A DNA stretch of 64,000 nt, taken from positions 25,439 through 89,438 of the forward strand of contig JAPLWX010000040.1 of the NCBI GenBank assembly GCA_026396415.1, in the 5' to 3' direction. The stretch is from Candidatus Micrarchaeota archaeon (GTDB lineage: Archaea; Micrarchaeota; Micrarchaeia; Anstonellales; Anstonellaceae). The notes beneath the pieces are model-generated. The model searched no databases. It had not been told where the DNA came from and saw only the letters and a list, made by a program, of their open reading frames with translations. The translations under genes were made by a program, and so were the position numbers. Positions 1 to 9,598 of the stretch are shown here, piece by piece; position 1 is the stretch's first letter; the number at the start of each line of letters is the position of its first letter.

Positions 1-63
1 GTCGTCCCAGCGGACCGTGTGCAATTTTAAGCCCAGCCCCGGAATATTGTGCGGTGATTCCGC

Positions 64-321
64 ATGGCTGACTATTTCGGCATTTTGGGGCTTGTCCTCA
101 TCCTCGCAGGCTGGGTTTGGGAATTCTACCAGGCGCTGAAAAGCAACACCGCGGGCGTGCCGCTCTCATTCGCGCTCCTGTACGGCGCGGGAAGCCTGCT
201 CCTCACATTGCACAGCATCCAGCTTGGAGACACCGTATTCATCATCCTCAACGCAGCGGCTACGCTCATCGCGGTGGCAAACGCGATTTTCGCAATAACG
301 CGCGGCAAGAGAAAGAGGTAA
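64..321 (+). CDS. small 3-TM membrane protein, PQ-loop/SemiSWEET-like (tentative)
   Basis: 85-aa ORF with three hydrophobic helices and a basic tail. EFYQALKSN..GVPLSF resembles a PQ-loop. Family call is motif-level only. Confidence 0.45.
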   Translation: MADYFGILGLVLILAGWVWEFYQALKSNTAGVPLSFALLYGAGSLLLTLHSIQLGDTVFIILNAAATLIAVANAIFAITRGKRKR

Positions 322-446
322 ACCTGGAGTTTAAGCGCGATTATAAGCTTTTTGAATGTAATTTGCCTGCCTTTCGTTTACACTATATGATATCATGAAT
401 ATATTGGAAGCCGCACGCGGCTTGTGACACTGGCGCAGGTGGGGAA

Positions 447-698
447 ATGGAAAAGAACATCGCGGAAGTTGTGGAGCTCATAAACAACGTGGCAGAGGAC
501 ACCTCGGTCCCGAAGAACATCCGCCGCGCGCTTGTGGAGGCGCGCGAGAGGCTCAAGACCAGCGAGGAGCTGTCCACCAAGGTGGGCTCGGCGGTGTATT
601 CCATAGAGGCGGTGTCCGAGGACATCAACATGCCCATGCACGCGCGCACGCAGATATGGACCATCCTCTCCGCGCTGGAATCGATAAAATCCCCATAG
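447..698 (+). CDS. UPF0147-family small archaeal protein
   Basis: 83 aa. VPKNIRRA ... DINMPMHARTQIWTILSALE fits the conserved UPF0147 pattern as I remember it. AT-rich promoter-like DNA lies upstream. Confidence 0.65.
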   Translation: MEKNIAEVVELINNVAEDTSVPKNIRRALVEARERLKTSEELSTKVGSAVYSIEAVSEDINMPMHARTQIWTILSALESIKSP

Positions 699-795
699 GA
701 ATATATTTGCGAAGGCACAATAAACCAGCAATTCAGCCGCGCCGGCCCTGTGATGCAGGGTTGCCGCATTTCCCAGAAAGGGCCGCAATCGCCGA

Positions 796-2274
796 ATGAG
801 GCACGAATTTGCGGGTGAACAAGTGAAATCCGACATAGACTCCATCTACGCCAAGGGCATCCGCCTCGCGCCTGACGCCTACGACTTTTTGGAAAAGTTC
901 GCGCTTGAGCCTGCCGCCCTTTTGAAAATCCTCTCCAGCGACAAGTTCATGCTCACCAAGGACGACATCGACGGCATACTCTCATCCGAGGAAAAAATCC
1001 CCACCGAAACAGTGGTGAGCCGCGCCCCCTCGTTCTCGCCCGAGGCAAAGGAATACTCTCCAAACTTCAGGGTGATTGAAAAATCAGACGTGAGCGGGAA
1101 ATCGCGCTGCACGGGCAAGCTCGAGGATTTCGTGGCGCACTTCCGCGACCGCTACGCGCGCATATCCAAGATTGTGCGCGCCCGCGCCACCCAGAATGCA
1201 ATCGTCAATACAAGCAAGCTCAAGTCCACCTCGGGCTCCAAGGTCCGCCTCATCGCCATGGTGAACAAGAAGCAGATGACGAAAAAAGGCAATGTCCTGC
1301 TTGAGGTGGAGGACGAGGAAGGCTCCGCAAAGGTGGTGGTGATGAAGGACACGCCTGGCTTCCATGTGCACCGCAAAATAATGAACGACGACATAATCGC
1401 GCTTGACGGGAAGAATGCGGACGAGCTTTTCATCTGCGACAATGTGGAGTGGCCCGACATCCCGGTCGCGCGCGAGTTTAGGAAAAGCGAAAGGGACGCC
1501 GGGATTGCCTACCTGTCTGACCTCCACATTGGCAGCAAGAAATTCCTCGAAGCCGAGTTTTCGCATTTCATAAGCTGGCTCAACGGCTCGGAAGGCAGGG
1601 CGGATTTGGCAGGCAAGGTGAAGTACATAATAATCGCAGGCGATGTCGCGGACGGCATCGGCATCTACCCCGAGCAGGAAAAGGAGCTTGCAGTGAAGGA
1701 CATCTACAAGCAGTACGAGATGTTCGACTCCTTCATGGAAAAAATCCCGGACTACATAACCGTGATAGTGGGGCCTGGCAACCACGACGCGGTGCGCAGG
1801 GCGGAGCCCCAGCCCATCATCCCGTACGACATGGTGAAAAGCAACGTGGTGCGCGTGGGCAGCCCGTCCCGCGTGGAAATAGAGGGGCTTCGCCACCTCA
1901 TATACCATGGCAACTCGCTCGACTCCATCATCGCGACCGGCGGGCTGACCTATGGCAAGCCCCACGAGGCGATGCTCGAGCTCGTGCGCCGCCGCCACCT
2001 CTCCCCCATCTACGGGCAGAACCTCATCGTGCCGGAAGACCACGATTACCTGGTGATAGAGGACGAGCCTGACATCGTGCACATGGGGCATGTCCACAAG
2101 AACGGGCACATGCTCTACCGCGGCACGCTTCTCCTGAACAGCGGCACATTCCAGGACAGGACGGACTTCCAGGTGAGGATGGGCCACGTGCCCTCGCCCG
2201 GGCTTGTGCCGATACTGGAAACAAAGACCGGCAAGGTGAATTACATAGGCTTCAAGGAAGGGGCGGGAACATGA
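796..2274 (+). CDS. polB: DNA polymerase II (PolD) small subunit DP1
   Basis: 492 aa with calcineurin-like phosphoesterase motifs (DLHIGS, GDVADG, GNHD, GHVH). Lies immediately upstream of DP2. Confidence 0.92.
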   Translation: MRHEFAGEQVKSDIDSIYAKGIRLAPDAYDFLEKFALEPAALLKILSSDKFMLTKDDIDGILSSEEKIPTETVVSRAPSFSPEAKEYSPNFRVIEKSDVSGKSRCTGKLEDFVAHFRDRYARISKIVRARATQNAIVNTSKLKSTSGSKVRLIAMVNKKQMTKKGNVLLEVEDEEGSAKVVVMKDTPGFHVHRKIMNDDIIALDGKNADELFICDNVEWPDIPVAREFRKSERDAGIAYLSDLHIGSKKFLEAEFSHFISWLNGSEGRADLAGKVKYIIIAGDVADGIGIYPEQEKELAVKDIYKQYEMFDSFMEKIPDYITVIVGPGNHDAVRRAEPQPIIPYDMVKSNVVRVGSPSRVEIEGLRHLIYHGNSLDSIIATGGLTYGKPHEAMLELVRRRHLSPIYGQNLIVPEDHDYLVIEDEPDIVHMGHVHKNGHMLYRGTLLLNSGTFQDRTDFQVRMGHVPSPGLVPILETKTGKVNYIGFKEGAGT

Positions 2275-2475
2275 CGGCAAGGGACAACGAATGCAGGGCA
2301 AGCCGCACAGCCAGCAAGGAAGGCGCTGGGCATGGCGCGAAGGGCAATGAATTCATGGCAAGCCGCGCAGGCGGCAAGGGGCGAGTGGGAACATGACGGA
2401 AAATGGCAAGGGCGGCATTCCCGCGGGCTTCCGCACTCCATCGCAAGGGGGAAGAAACATGACTGCAAGGGACGA
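2264..2475 (+). repeat. three diverged copies of the DP1-stop/DP2-start junction
   Basis: ggaacATGAcggcaagggac at 2266-2285, ggaacATGAcggaaaatggcaaggg at 2388-2412, gaaacATGActgcaagggac at 2454-2473. Confidence 0.7.
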
Positions 2476-5400
2476 GGAAATGCAAAAGTATTTCTCTGCC
2501 TTAAGCTCCGCACTTGAGCATGCCTACGCGGTGGCAGAGGAGGCGCGAAGCAAGGGGGCCGACCCTGCCCCCTTCGTGGAGATAAAGCGGGCAGCGGACG
2601 TTGCGGCGCGCGTGGAAGGGATTGTCGGGCCTCCAGGCATCACCGAAGTCATACGCGCGCTTGAGCGCGAGGGGCACAGCAGGCAGGCAATCGCGCACAT
2701 GGTGGTGCAAAAAATCGCGGCGGGCGAAATAATCAAGGGAAACAAGCAGAAGCTCATCGACCAGTCGGTGCGCACGGGCGTTGGCATATTGACCGAAGGC
2801 GTGCTTGTGGCCCCGACGGAAGGCATCAGCAAATTCGAAATCCGCAACAACCCTGACGGCAGCGACTACCTTGCAATTTATTTCGCAGGCCCCATCCGCT
2901 CGGCCGGCGGCACGGTGGCGGCGCTTGCCGTGGTGCTTGGCGATGTGGCGCGCAGGCAATTGGGGGTGGGCGACTTCCGCCCCACAGACGCCATGCTTGA
3001 GCGCTATGTCGAGGAAATCGAGGTATATGGCGCGCGCTCCGCGCACCTGCAGTACCGCCCTCCCGAGGCGGACATACGCCACATCGTGAAAAGCTGCCCC
3101 GTGTGCATTGATGGCGACCCGACAGAGGACGCGGAGGTGTCAGTGCACCGCGATGTGCCCGGCGTGGCAAGCAACCGCGTGCGCTCAGGCATAGCGCTTG
3201 TGATATGCGAGGGCATTGCCCAGAAAGCCGCAAAAGTCTCAAGGTACACAAAGAAAATCGGGCTGGACTGGGGCTGGATGGACTCCATCATAAAAGTGGC
3301 AAAAAAAGAGGGCAAGTTCGAGCCCAAGCCGGATTTCCGCTTCATCGACGAATCAGTGGCGGGCCGCGCGGTTTTCTCCTACCCATCCGCAAAGGGCGGC
3401 TGGCGGCTGCGCTATGGCCGTTGCCGCGGCAGCGGGATAATGGGGAAATCCGTGCATCCTGCAAGCATGTACGTGCTTGACTCATTTCTTGCCGTGGGCA
3501 CGCAGATGAAAATAGAGCGCCCTGGCAAAAGCACGGTGATAACGCCGTGCGACTCCATACTCGGCCCCGTTGTGAAGCTCAAGGACGGCTCGGTAGTCGA
3601 GGTGGTGTCCTCGGACGAGGCGCAGAAGCTGCTGCCGAATGTGGAGCGCATACTTTTCCTGGGAGACATGCTGGTCTCCGTCGGAGACTTTTTGAAAAGC
3701 AATCATCCGCTTTTTCCCGCTGCCTGGTGCGAGGAGAGGCTGAAGCTCATGGCAAAAAAAGCAGGCGTGCAGCCCCCCCGCCAGGATTGCCCGGCAGGCG
3801 AAGCAGTGGCATTTGCGCGCAAAACCTCGCTGCCGCTTCACCCGCGCTACACATACTTCTGGCACGACATAACGCACGAGCAGCTGAAGGGGCTTGCGCT
3901 CTGGCTGAAGACCGGCAAGCCCATCTACGGGCTTCTCAGGCTCGAGTCATTCGAGCTGGAATCCTCCCCTGCGAAAGCAGTGCTTGAGGAGCTTTGCGTG
4001 CCGCACAGCGTGCAGGAGGGCAGGATACGGCTTGCAGGCGAGCATGCCTATGCGCTCCTGAAAACAATGGGCATAATGGTCGACAAGAAAATCACAGCGG
4101 AAAAATTCGATGCGCTTTTCGACGAGAAAAAGCCGGTGCTGGACATCCTCTCCGCGCTATCGGGCATGAGGATAATGCCAAAGGCGCCGACATACATCGG
4201 TTCGCGCATGGGCAGGCCGGAAAAGGCGCGCGAGCGGCGGATGAAAAAGAGCGTGAATGTGCTTTTCCCAATAGGCGCGCACATTGACAAGAACGCGTCC
4301 ATCAGCCGCGCATATGCCAAGCTCCTCGCAAAAGGCGGGCGCGACGGGCGCGGGGTGGAGGTGGAAATCGCGCGCATGCGCTGCGCCTCGTGCGGCAACA
4401 CGACGTTCTCACCGTTGTGCGCATGCGGAGGGCGCGCAGTGCCCATCACGGTCTGCCCGAAATGCGGGCGCCCAAAAAACAGCGAGGACTGCTCCGAATG
4501 CCATGTTGCGACAAAGCACTATGACAAGCGCGCAGTGGACATCATCAAGCTGTTCGAGCGCGCCTCAGAGCGCACTGGCATTGACGCCACAAAGTCTGCA
4601 GACATAAAAGGCGTGGAGGGGCTCTTCTCATCGTCAAAAACACCGGAGCCTTTGGAAAAAGGCTTCCTGCGCGCAATGCACAAGGTGTTCGTGTTCCGCG
4701 ACGGCACCTGCCGCTTCGATGCAACCGACATCCCGCTCACGCACTTCCGCCCGGACGAGATGGGCATAAGCGTGGGGCAGGCTCTTTCATTCGGCTACAC
4801 GCACGACAAGGACGGACGGCCCCTGGAGCGCGCATCTCAGGTAGTGGCGCTGAATGCGCAGGATATCATCCTTTCGCGGAGCGGCGCGCACTACCTTTTC
4901 CAGGTGTCCAAGTTCATCGACGACCTGCTTGAGAGGCACTACGGCATGCCGCGCTTCTACAACTTGTCCCGCGAGGAGGACATATTGGGGCACCTGGTGA
5001 TCGGCCTTTCGCCGCACACATCTGCAGGGGTGCTTGCGCGCGTGGTGGGCTTCACCGACGCGCATGTGGGCTTTGCGCACCCGTACTTCCACACTGCAAA
5101 AAGAAGGAACTGCGATGGTGATGAAGACACAGTAATACTTTTGATGGACGGGCTCCTCAATTTCTCGCGCGCCTTCCTTCCCGAGTCGCGCGGCGGCACC
5201 ATGGACGCGCCATTGGTGCTTACGACCGAGCTTGACCCGGACGAAGTGGACGACGAGGCGCATTCCATGGAAGTGTGCTCGACCTACCCCCTCGAGCTTT
5301 ACGAGCTCTCGGACAAGTACGCCTCTCCCTCTGAGCTGAAGCTCGACACTGTCAAAATGCTGCTGGGGGCGCCAGCGCAATACGGCTCGCTTGCCTACTC

Positions 5401-5857
5401 GCACGAAACCGCGGACGTGTCCGCAGGGCCGCACCAGAGCACCTACCTGAAATTCAAGGACATGGGCGAGAAAATCGAGGCGCAATTCACGCTGCAGGAA
5501 AAGATACGCGCGGTGAACCCCGCTGACGCCGCGGAGCGGCTCCTTCTCCACCATTTCTTCCCGGACCTCTACGGGAACCTGCGCTCGTTCTCCCAGCAGG
5601 AGTTCCGCTGCCTGGACTGCAAGGTGAAATACCGCCGCGTGCCCCTCTCTGGCAAATGCAACGCGTGCGGGGGCAAGCTCCTCCTCACCATAAACAAGGG
5701 CGGGATAACCAAATACCTCGACCACGCCGAGCGCCTCATCGCGCGCTACAGCCTTCCCGCCTACATGAAGCAGAGGATGGAGCTTTTCAGGAAGGACATC
5801 GGGAGCATCTTCACCGAGGAGCCGGAGAAGCAGAAAGGGCTGGCGGAGTTCATGTGA
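2393..5857 (+). CDS. polC: DNA polymerase II (PolD) large subunit DP2
   Basis: From ATG 2459 the N-terminus MTARDEEMQKYF..AVAEEARSKGADPAPFVEI is typical of DP2. Cys-rich zinc modules are present (CASCGN..CACGG, CPKCG..CSEC, CLDCK..CNACGG). The frame is open from ATG 2393, but the conserved start is probably 2459. No intein. Confidence 0.93.
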   Translation: MTENGKGGIPAGFRTPSQGGRNMTARDEEMQKYFSALSSALEHAYAVAEEARSKGADPAPFVEIKRAADVAARVEGIVGPPGITEVIRALEREGHSRQAIAHMVVQKIAAGEIIKGNKQKLIDQSVRTGVGILTEGVLVAPTEGISKFEIRNNPDGSDYLAIYFAGPIRSAGGTVAALAVVLGDVARRQLGVGDFRPTDAMLERYVEEIEVYGARSAHLQYRPPEADIRHIVKSCPVCIDGDPTEDAEVSVHRDVPGVASNRVRSGIALVICEGIAQKAAKVSRYTKKIGLDWGWMDSIIKVAKKEGKFEPKPDFRFIDESVAGRAVFSYPSAKGGWRLRYGRCRGSGIMGKSVHPASMYVLDSFLAVGTQMKIERPGKSTVITPCDSILGPVVKLKDGSVVEVVSSDEAQKLLPNVERILFLGDMLVSVGDFLKSNHPLFPAAWCEERLKLMAKKAGVQPPRQDCPAGEAVAFARKTSLPLHPRYTYFWHDITHEQLKGLALWLKTGKPIYGLLRLESFELESSPAKAVLEELCVPHSVQEGRIRLAGEHAYALLKTMGIMVDKKITAEKFDALFDEKKPVLDILSALSGMRIMPKAPTYIGSRMGRPEKARERRMKKSVNVLFPIGAHIDKNASISRAYAKLLAKGGRDGRGVEVEIARMRCASCGNTTFSPLCACGGRAVPITVCPKCGRPKNSEDCSECHVATKHYDKRAVDIIKLFERASERTGIDATKSADIKGVEGLFSSSKTPEPLEKGFLRAMHKVFVFRDGTCRFDATDIPLTHFRPDEMGISVGQALSFGYTHDKDGRPLERASQVVALNAQDIILSRSGAHYLFQVSKFIDDLLERHYGMPRFYNLSREEDILGHLVIGLSPHTSAGVLARVVGFTDAHVGFAHPYFHTAKRRNCDGDEDTVILLMDGLLNFSRAFLPESRGGTMDAPLVLTTELDPDEVDDEAHSMEVCSTYPLELYELSDKYASPSELKLDTVKMLLGAPAQYGSLAYSHETADVSAGPHQSTYLKFKDMGEKIEAQFTLQEKIRAVNPADAAERLLLHHFFPDLYGNLRSFSQQEFRCLDCKVKYRRVPLSGKCNACGGKLLLTINKGGITKYLDHAERLIARYSLPAYMKQRMELFRKDIGSIFTEEPEKQKGLAEFM

Positions 5858-5900
5858 TTGCCATTTAATAGTATTGGTTTCGAAATCCTGGTTGGTTCAT

Positions 5901-6428
5901 ATGCAGATAATCAAAATCCCCTCAGAGCGCGTGGGCGCGCTTCTTGGCGAGTCAGGCGAGACCAAGGACTACCTCGAGCGCAGGATGAAGGTGAGCATCA
6001 GCGCTGACTCGGACGGCGCAGTGGAGATAAACGGCGAGCCTCTTGACGAGTTCATTGGCAAGGACATCGTGAAGGCTATCGGCAGGGGGTTTGAGCCTGC
6101 AGTTGCGCTCCGCCTCCTTTCCGACGACTATGGCTTCAAGCTCATCGACCTTCGCGACTATGCTGGGAACGAGAACGCGCGCCACCGCATCATGGGGCGC
6201 GTGATAGGCGAGAAGGGGCGCACCAAGGAGATAATAAAGGAGGAAGTGGGCGCGGACGTGGTGTGCTACGGGCACACCGTGGGCGTGATTTGCGCAGTGG
6301 ACACGCTCAACTACGCGATGGAGGCGATCTTTCGGATAATCGAGGGCTCCAACCACGCATCCGTGTACGCCTATCTCGAGAAATGCAGGCGCAAGATAAA
6401 GGAGGAGGAAGTGCGGAAGCTGTTTTAG
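5901..6428 (+). CDS. KH-domain RNA-binding protein (archaeal Dim2/PNO1-like)
   Basis: Two KH-like modules with a GxxG loop (VIGEKGRTKEII). ATG at 5901 inside the longer TTG-initiated ORF starting at 5874. Confidence 0.75.
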   Translation: MQIIKIPSERVGALLGESGETKDYLERRMKVSISADSDGAVEINGEPLDEFIGKDIVKAIGRGFEPAVALRLLSDDYGFKLIDLRDYAGNENARHRIMGRVIGEKGRTKEIIKEEVGADVVCYGHTVGVICAVDTLNYAMEAIFRIIEGSNHASVYAYLEKCRRKIKEEEVRKLF

Positions 6429-6431
6429 CGG

Positions 6432-7625
6432 ATGGCGCATACCATGGGGCTGTTATCCGGAATCAAGCAAAACGTCCTGGTTCTTGGCGTGGTGAGCTTC
6501 CTCACCGACGTTTCATCGGAAATGATTTTCCCAATCCTCCCTGTTTTCCTCACCACAATATTGGGCGCAAGCACTGCCGCAGTGGGGCTTATAGAGGGCA
6601 TTGCGGACAGCGCCAGTTCCCTCCTGGACATCTTCATGGGCTACTGGTCCGACTCGTCAGGCAGGCGCAGGAAATTCGTGATGGCCGGCTACGGGCTTTC
6701 CTCATTTTCCAAGCTCGGCATTGCGCTTGCCTACACCTGGCCCATGGTGCTGGTTTTCCGCGCCGTGGAGCGTATTGGGAAAAGCATCAGGACATCGCCG
6801 CGCGACGCAATCATCGCAGCCTCTTCCACCCGCGCCACGCGCGGCAAGGCATTCGGGCTCCACCGTGCAATGGACACGCTTGGCGCAGTGGCAGGCCCTG
6901 CAATTGCCTACGTGATACTTGCATGGATGGGCAGCACAGAAGCAGGCTACCGCACAGTTTTCTACTCGGCAATCATCCCGGCATTCCTCGCAGTGGCTGC
7001 AATCTGGCTTTTCGTGCGCGAGCCGCGCGCAAAGGCGCAGCCTTCTGAAAAGGACAAGGCTAAGGGAATCGGCTTTTGGCAAAAGCTCCGGCTTCTCCCT
7101 CCCAACTACATGCGCTTCCTCAAGATTTCCTGCCTGTTCTCGCTTGCCTATTTCTCATTCGCTCTCCTCATCGTGCGCGCATCAGAACTGGGCATTTCCA
7201 CTGAGAACATATTGCTTGTCTATATCCTCTACAACATAGTGTACATGCTCGCCTCAATGCCTGTCGGCCAGCTTTCCGACAGGCTGGGCAGGAAGCCAGT
7301 CATCGCAGGCTCCTTCCTCCTTTACGCGCTCATCTGCGTGGGCTTCATATTCGCAGGCTCCCTCTGGCAAATCGCAGCGCTTTTTGCGGTTTACGGGGTT
7401 TTCGTGGCTGCGGACGAGTCCGTGAACAAGGCGTACGTCTCCGACATGGTGGGTGAAAAGCAGAGGGGAATCGCGCTTGGCGCCTACAATTCCGCGGTGG
7501 GCGCGGTCTACCTTCCCGCAAGCGCCATATTCGGCGCGCTCTGGGCGGCTGCAGGCGCGCCGCTGGCATTCGGCGTTGCGGCTGCCATTGCAGTTGCCGC
7601 TGGCGTTTATCTCCTGGCAAAATAA
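6432..7625 (+). CDS. MFS transporter
   Basis: 397 aa with about 12 hydrophobic helices and an MFS motif-A-like loop (LSDRLGRKPV). Confidence 0.8.
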   Translation: MAHTMGLLSGIKQNVLVLGVVSFLTDVSSEMIFPILPVFLTTILGASTAAVGLIEGIADSASSLLDIFMGYWSDSSGRRRKFVMAGYGLSSFSKLGIALAYTWPMVLVFRAVERIGKSIRTSPRDAIIAASSTRATRGKAFGLHRAMDTLGAVAGPAIAYVILAWMGSTEAGYRTVFYSAIIPAFLAVAAIWLFVREPRAKAQPSEKDKAKGIGFWQKLRLLPPNYMRFLKISCLFSLAYFSFALLIVRASELGISTENILLVYILYNIVYMLASMPVGQLSDRLGRKPVIAGSFLLYALICVGFIFAGSLWQIAALFAVYGVFVAADESVNKAYVSDMVGEKQRGIALGAYNSAVGAVYLPASAIFGALWAAAGAPLAFGVAAAIAVAAGVYLLAK

Positions 7626-7628
7626 GGC

Positions 7629-9428
7629 TTACTGCTCCGGTTTCTCAAGAAGGGACGGGAAAAGGCCATCCACGCCGTTCCTAACCGCGACCGCCTTGAT
7701 TTCAGGCAGTTCCTGGTTGTTCACCCTGTTCATGAATTTCTTGCTGCTTTCCTTTCCGCCCACAAAATAGACGATGGGCATTGCCCCATCCTTCACGTCG
7801 ATTATCATCCTCTTCTCGCTGTTCCTGCCCAGGCTCAGCCTCACCAATACGAACTGGCTGCTATTGTTCCCAATCACCCTTCCGTGGTGCGTCAGACCCC
7901 CGCTGTATGTTTCTTGGATTATTTTCCTGGTCAGCATCCCGTTTTTCAGGTACATCTCGGCAAGCTCCCTCAGGCGATTCAGGAAAGGCTCGCTCAGCTG
8001 GTTTTTCGCCTTGAGCTCGTCCTTGAAAATGATTCGAGCACTTTCGAAGAACCTGGCCATCGCCTGCTTCTTTCCAGCATCCTTGGGTTCCTGCTCAATC
8101 TGCTTTTTCAGCTTCACAAACTTGGGCAGGCCCTCTATTTCAATCTCAAGCAGGTGCTCCTTCCACTTCTCCGCCGTATACCTGTTTTCACCGTGCCTGC
8201 GCGCATCTCCTTCCTTTTTCTTCTGGCGCTTCTCAATGCTGGCAAGCTCTTGTTCCAGCCTCTGCTTCAGGCAGCCCAGCTCGGTTATGCACTCGTCAAT
8301 TTTGGCGCGTTCACCCGCCGCTTTCCCGTCCGCTTTCATGGAAGCCATTTCAGCGGTGGCCTTGTCCCGAATCGCAATCGCGGCATCAAGGGCGCCCACC
8401 TCCTTCGCATAGGCGGCAATCGATTCGGCAATCGCGGCATGGTGCTCTGGGAACGAGTTTATCAGAAAAATAATGGATTTGGCAATCTCAATCGAATTGC
8501 CGCAAATTTCGCAAGATTGCTTGCTGCGCTCATAAGGCGTATTGCCGTTGCCAGCCTTCCTTGTGGCGTTCATGACGTTTGTCGCCGCCTTGTTCGCCTT
8601 TTCCACCGGTTCCATGACCGGCCTCAGTTGTGCATATGCAAGCTTGGCTGATGTCCGCAGGGACTTTATCCTCTCTGCCATGCCCTTCTCAATCGAATCG
8701 CCCATGTCGGCATCCAGCTTCTTTGCCTTTATGATTTCGTAAAGCTCGGGGGAATCCGAGGCCAAACCGAAGATGCCCTCCTGGCAATATGTCTCCACTA
8801 GCCTGCCAGCATACTCGCTCAAGCCAGAATAAGCCTCATTCAGGTGAACCAATGCGCTTTGGCAATACGATATGAGCTTGGCAGATGGGGCCGGGGACAT
8901 TTTTCCAAGGTCAATTGCAATGCCCTTGCTTATGAGCATTCCATCCTTGGCTATCTTTTCCGAGCACTTTTCCACCTGCTCGGCGGCCAATGGGATCTTT
9001 ACCGCCTCGATTGCGCACCGTTCTTCCAGCTTCAAAATCAGCCTATTTCCCTCGTCTGCCTTTGTGCACACTTCGAAAATCGCCTTTGCGCACCTCTTGA
9101 TGATTGCTACATGGCGCTCGACATCCTTGCGGCTTCCCTCCACTCTGGTTTGGAGCCTCATGGTTTCCCTCGTGCCAGTGTCGATTTTCTCGGTCAGGTC
9201 CTGCCTGGTTGCCCTTGCTTCCTGCAGCGCCTCGTTGCATTTCCAGAGCGCTACCTCTATCATTGCCGCGGGGTCTGCGCCATGCCCCTCCCGCTTGAAT
9301 TTGCTGCGGAACTCCCCTATCGACTCCCGGGGTATCCGGGTTATGGGTTTGTGCGGGAAACTGGCGGAGATTACCTTGATTGAATCAGAATGATGCTTCT
9401 TGGCTGGGCTGATGGCAAGATATTTCAT
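7629..9428 (-). CDS. large coiled-coil hypothetical protein
   Basis: Start taken at ATG 9428 (MKYLAIS), 30 nt downstream of TATA box 9459-9466. Long heptad-like helical region. No family recognised. Confidence 0.6.
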   Translation of the reverse strand: MKYLAISPAKKHHSDSIKVISASFPHKPITRIPRESIGEFRSKFKREGHGADPAAMIEVALWKCNEALQEARATRQDLTEKIDTGTRETMRLQTRVEGSRKDVERHVAIIKRCAKAIFEVCTKADEGNRLILKLEERCAIEAVKIPLAAEQVEKCSEKIAKDGMLISKGIAIDLGKMSPAPSAKLISYCQSALVHLNEAYSGLSEYAGRLVETYCQEGIFGLASDSPELYEIIKAKKLDADMGDSIEKGMAERIKSLRTSAKLAYAQLRPVMEPVEKANKAATNVMNATRKAGNGNTPYERSKQSCEICGNSIEIAKSIIFLINSFPEHHAAIAESIAAYAKEVGALDAAIAIRDKATAEMASMKADGKAAGERAKIDECITELGCLKQRLEQELASIEKRQKKKEGDARRHGENRYTAEKWKEHLLEIEIEGLPKFVKLKKQIEQEPKDAGKKQAMARFFESARIIFKDELKAKNQLSEPFLNRLRELAEMYLKNGMLTRKIIQETYSGGLTHHGRVIGNNSSQFVLVRLSLGRNSEKRMIIDVKDGAMPIVYFVGGKESSKKFMNRVNNQELPEIKAVAVRNGVDGLFPSLLEKPEQ

Positions 9429-9458
9429 GTCTTTCCCTTCATCTAGTGTTGCAATTAA

Positions 9459-9466
9459 TTTATAAA
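9459..9466. promoter_or_regulatory. TATA box (TTTATAAA) in the divergent intergenic region
   Basis: Palindromic tttataaa about 30 nt upstream of ATG 9428 (minus strand). Same octamer recurs upstream of other genes in the window. Confidence 0.45.
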
Positions 9467-9598
9467 CATGTGTATGGTTCGCGCCACCGCCGTGCGGATG
9501 GCAGCGCATTATTCGCCAAACCACAACCAATATTAAATACCGCCTCGAAGTTTAATCGACCAGTTCAGGAAAAAGCAATATGCTTACAAAGTGGTTAG

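Noticed and set aside
1084-2301. Long antisense ORFs opposite well-supported genes. Examples: 1084-2301(-), 4787-5725(-), 18120-19163(-), 36977-38050(+), 43079-43945(+), 45308-46162(+), 50129-51109(+), 51767-52765(+), 54535-55401(+), 58520-61057(+).
   Set aside because: Each lies entirely within a gene with clear family motifs or strong coding context on the other strand. Their products are Arg/His/Ala- or Ser/Pro-rich low-complexity strings, typical of shadow frames in GC-rich DNA.
7629-9428. The coiled-coil protein as a sixth carrier of the shared N-terminal motif (IKVISASFPHKPITRIPRESIGEF looks vaguely similar).
   Set aside because: It lacks the invariant Trp, and the P-[IV]-x-K-x2-P spacing does not fit (PITRIP is one residue short). 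The gene also lies 30 kb from the cluster.
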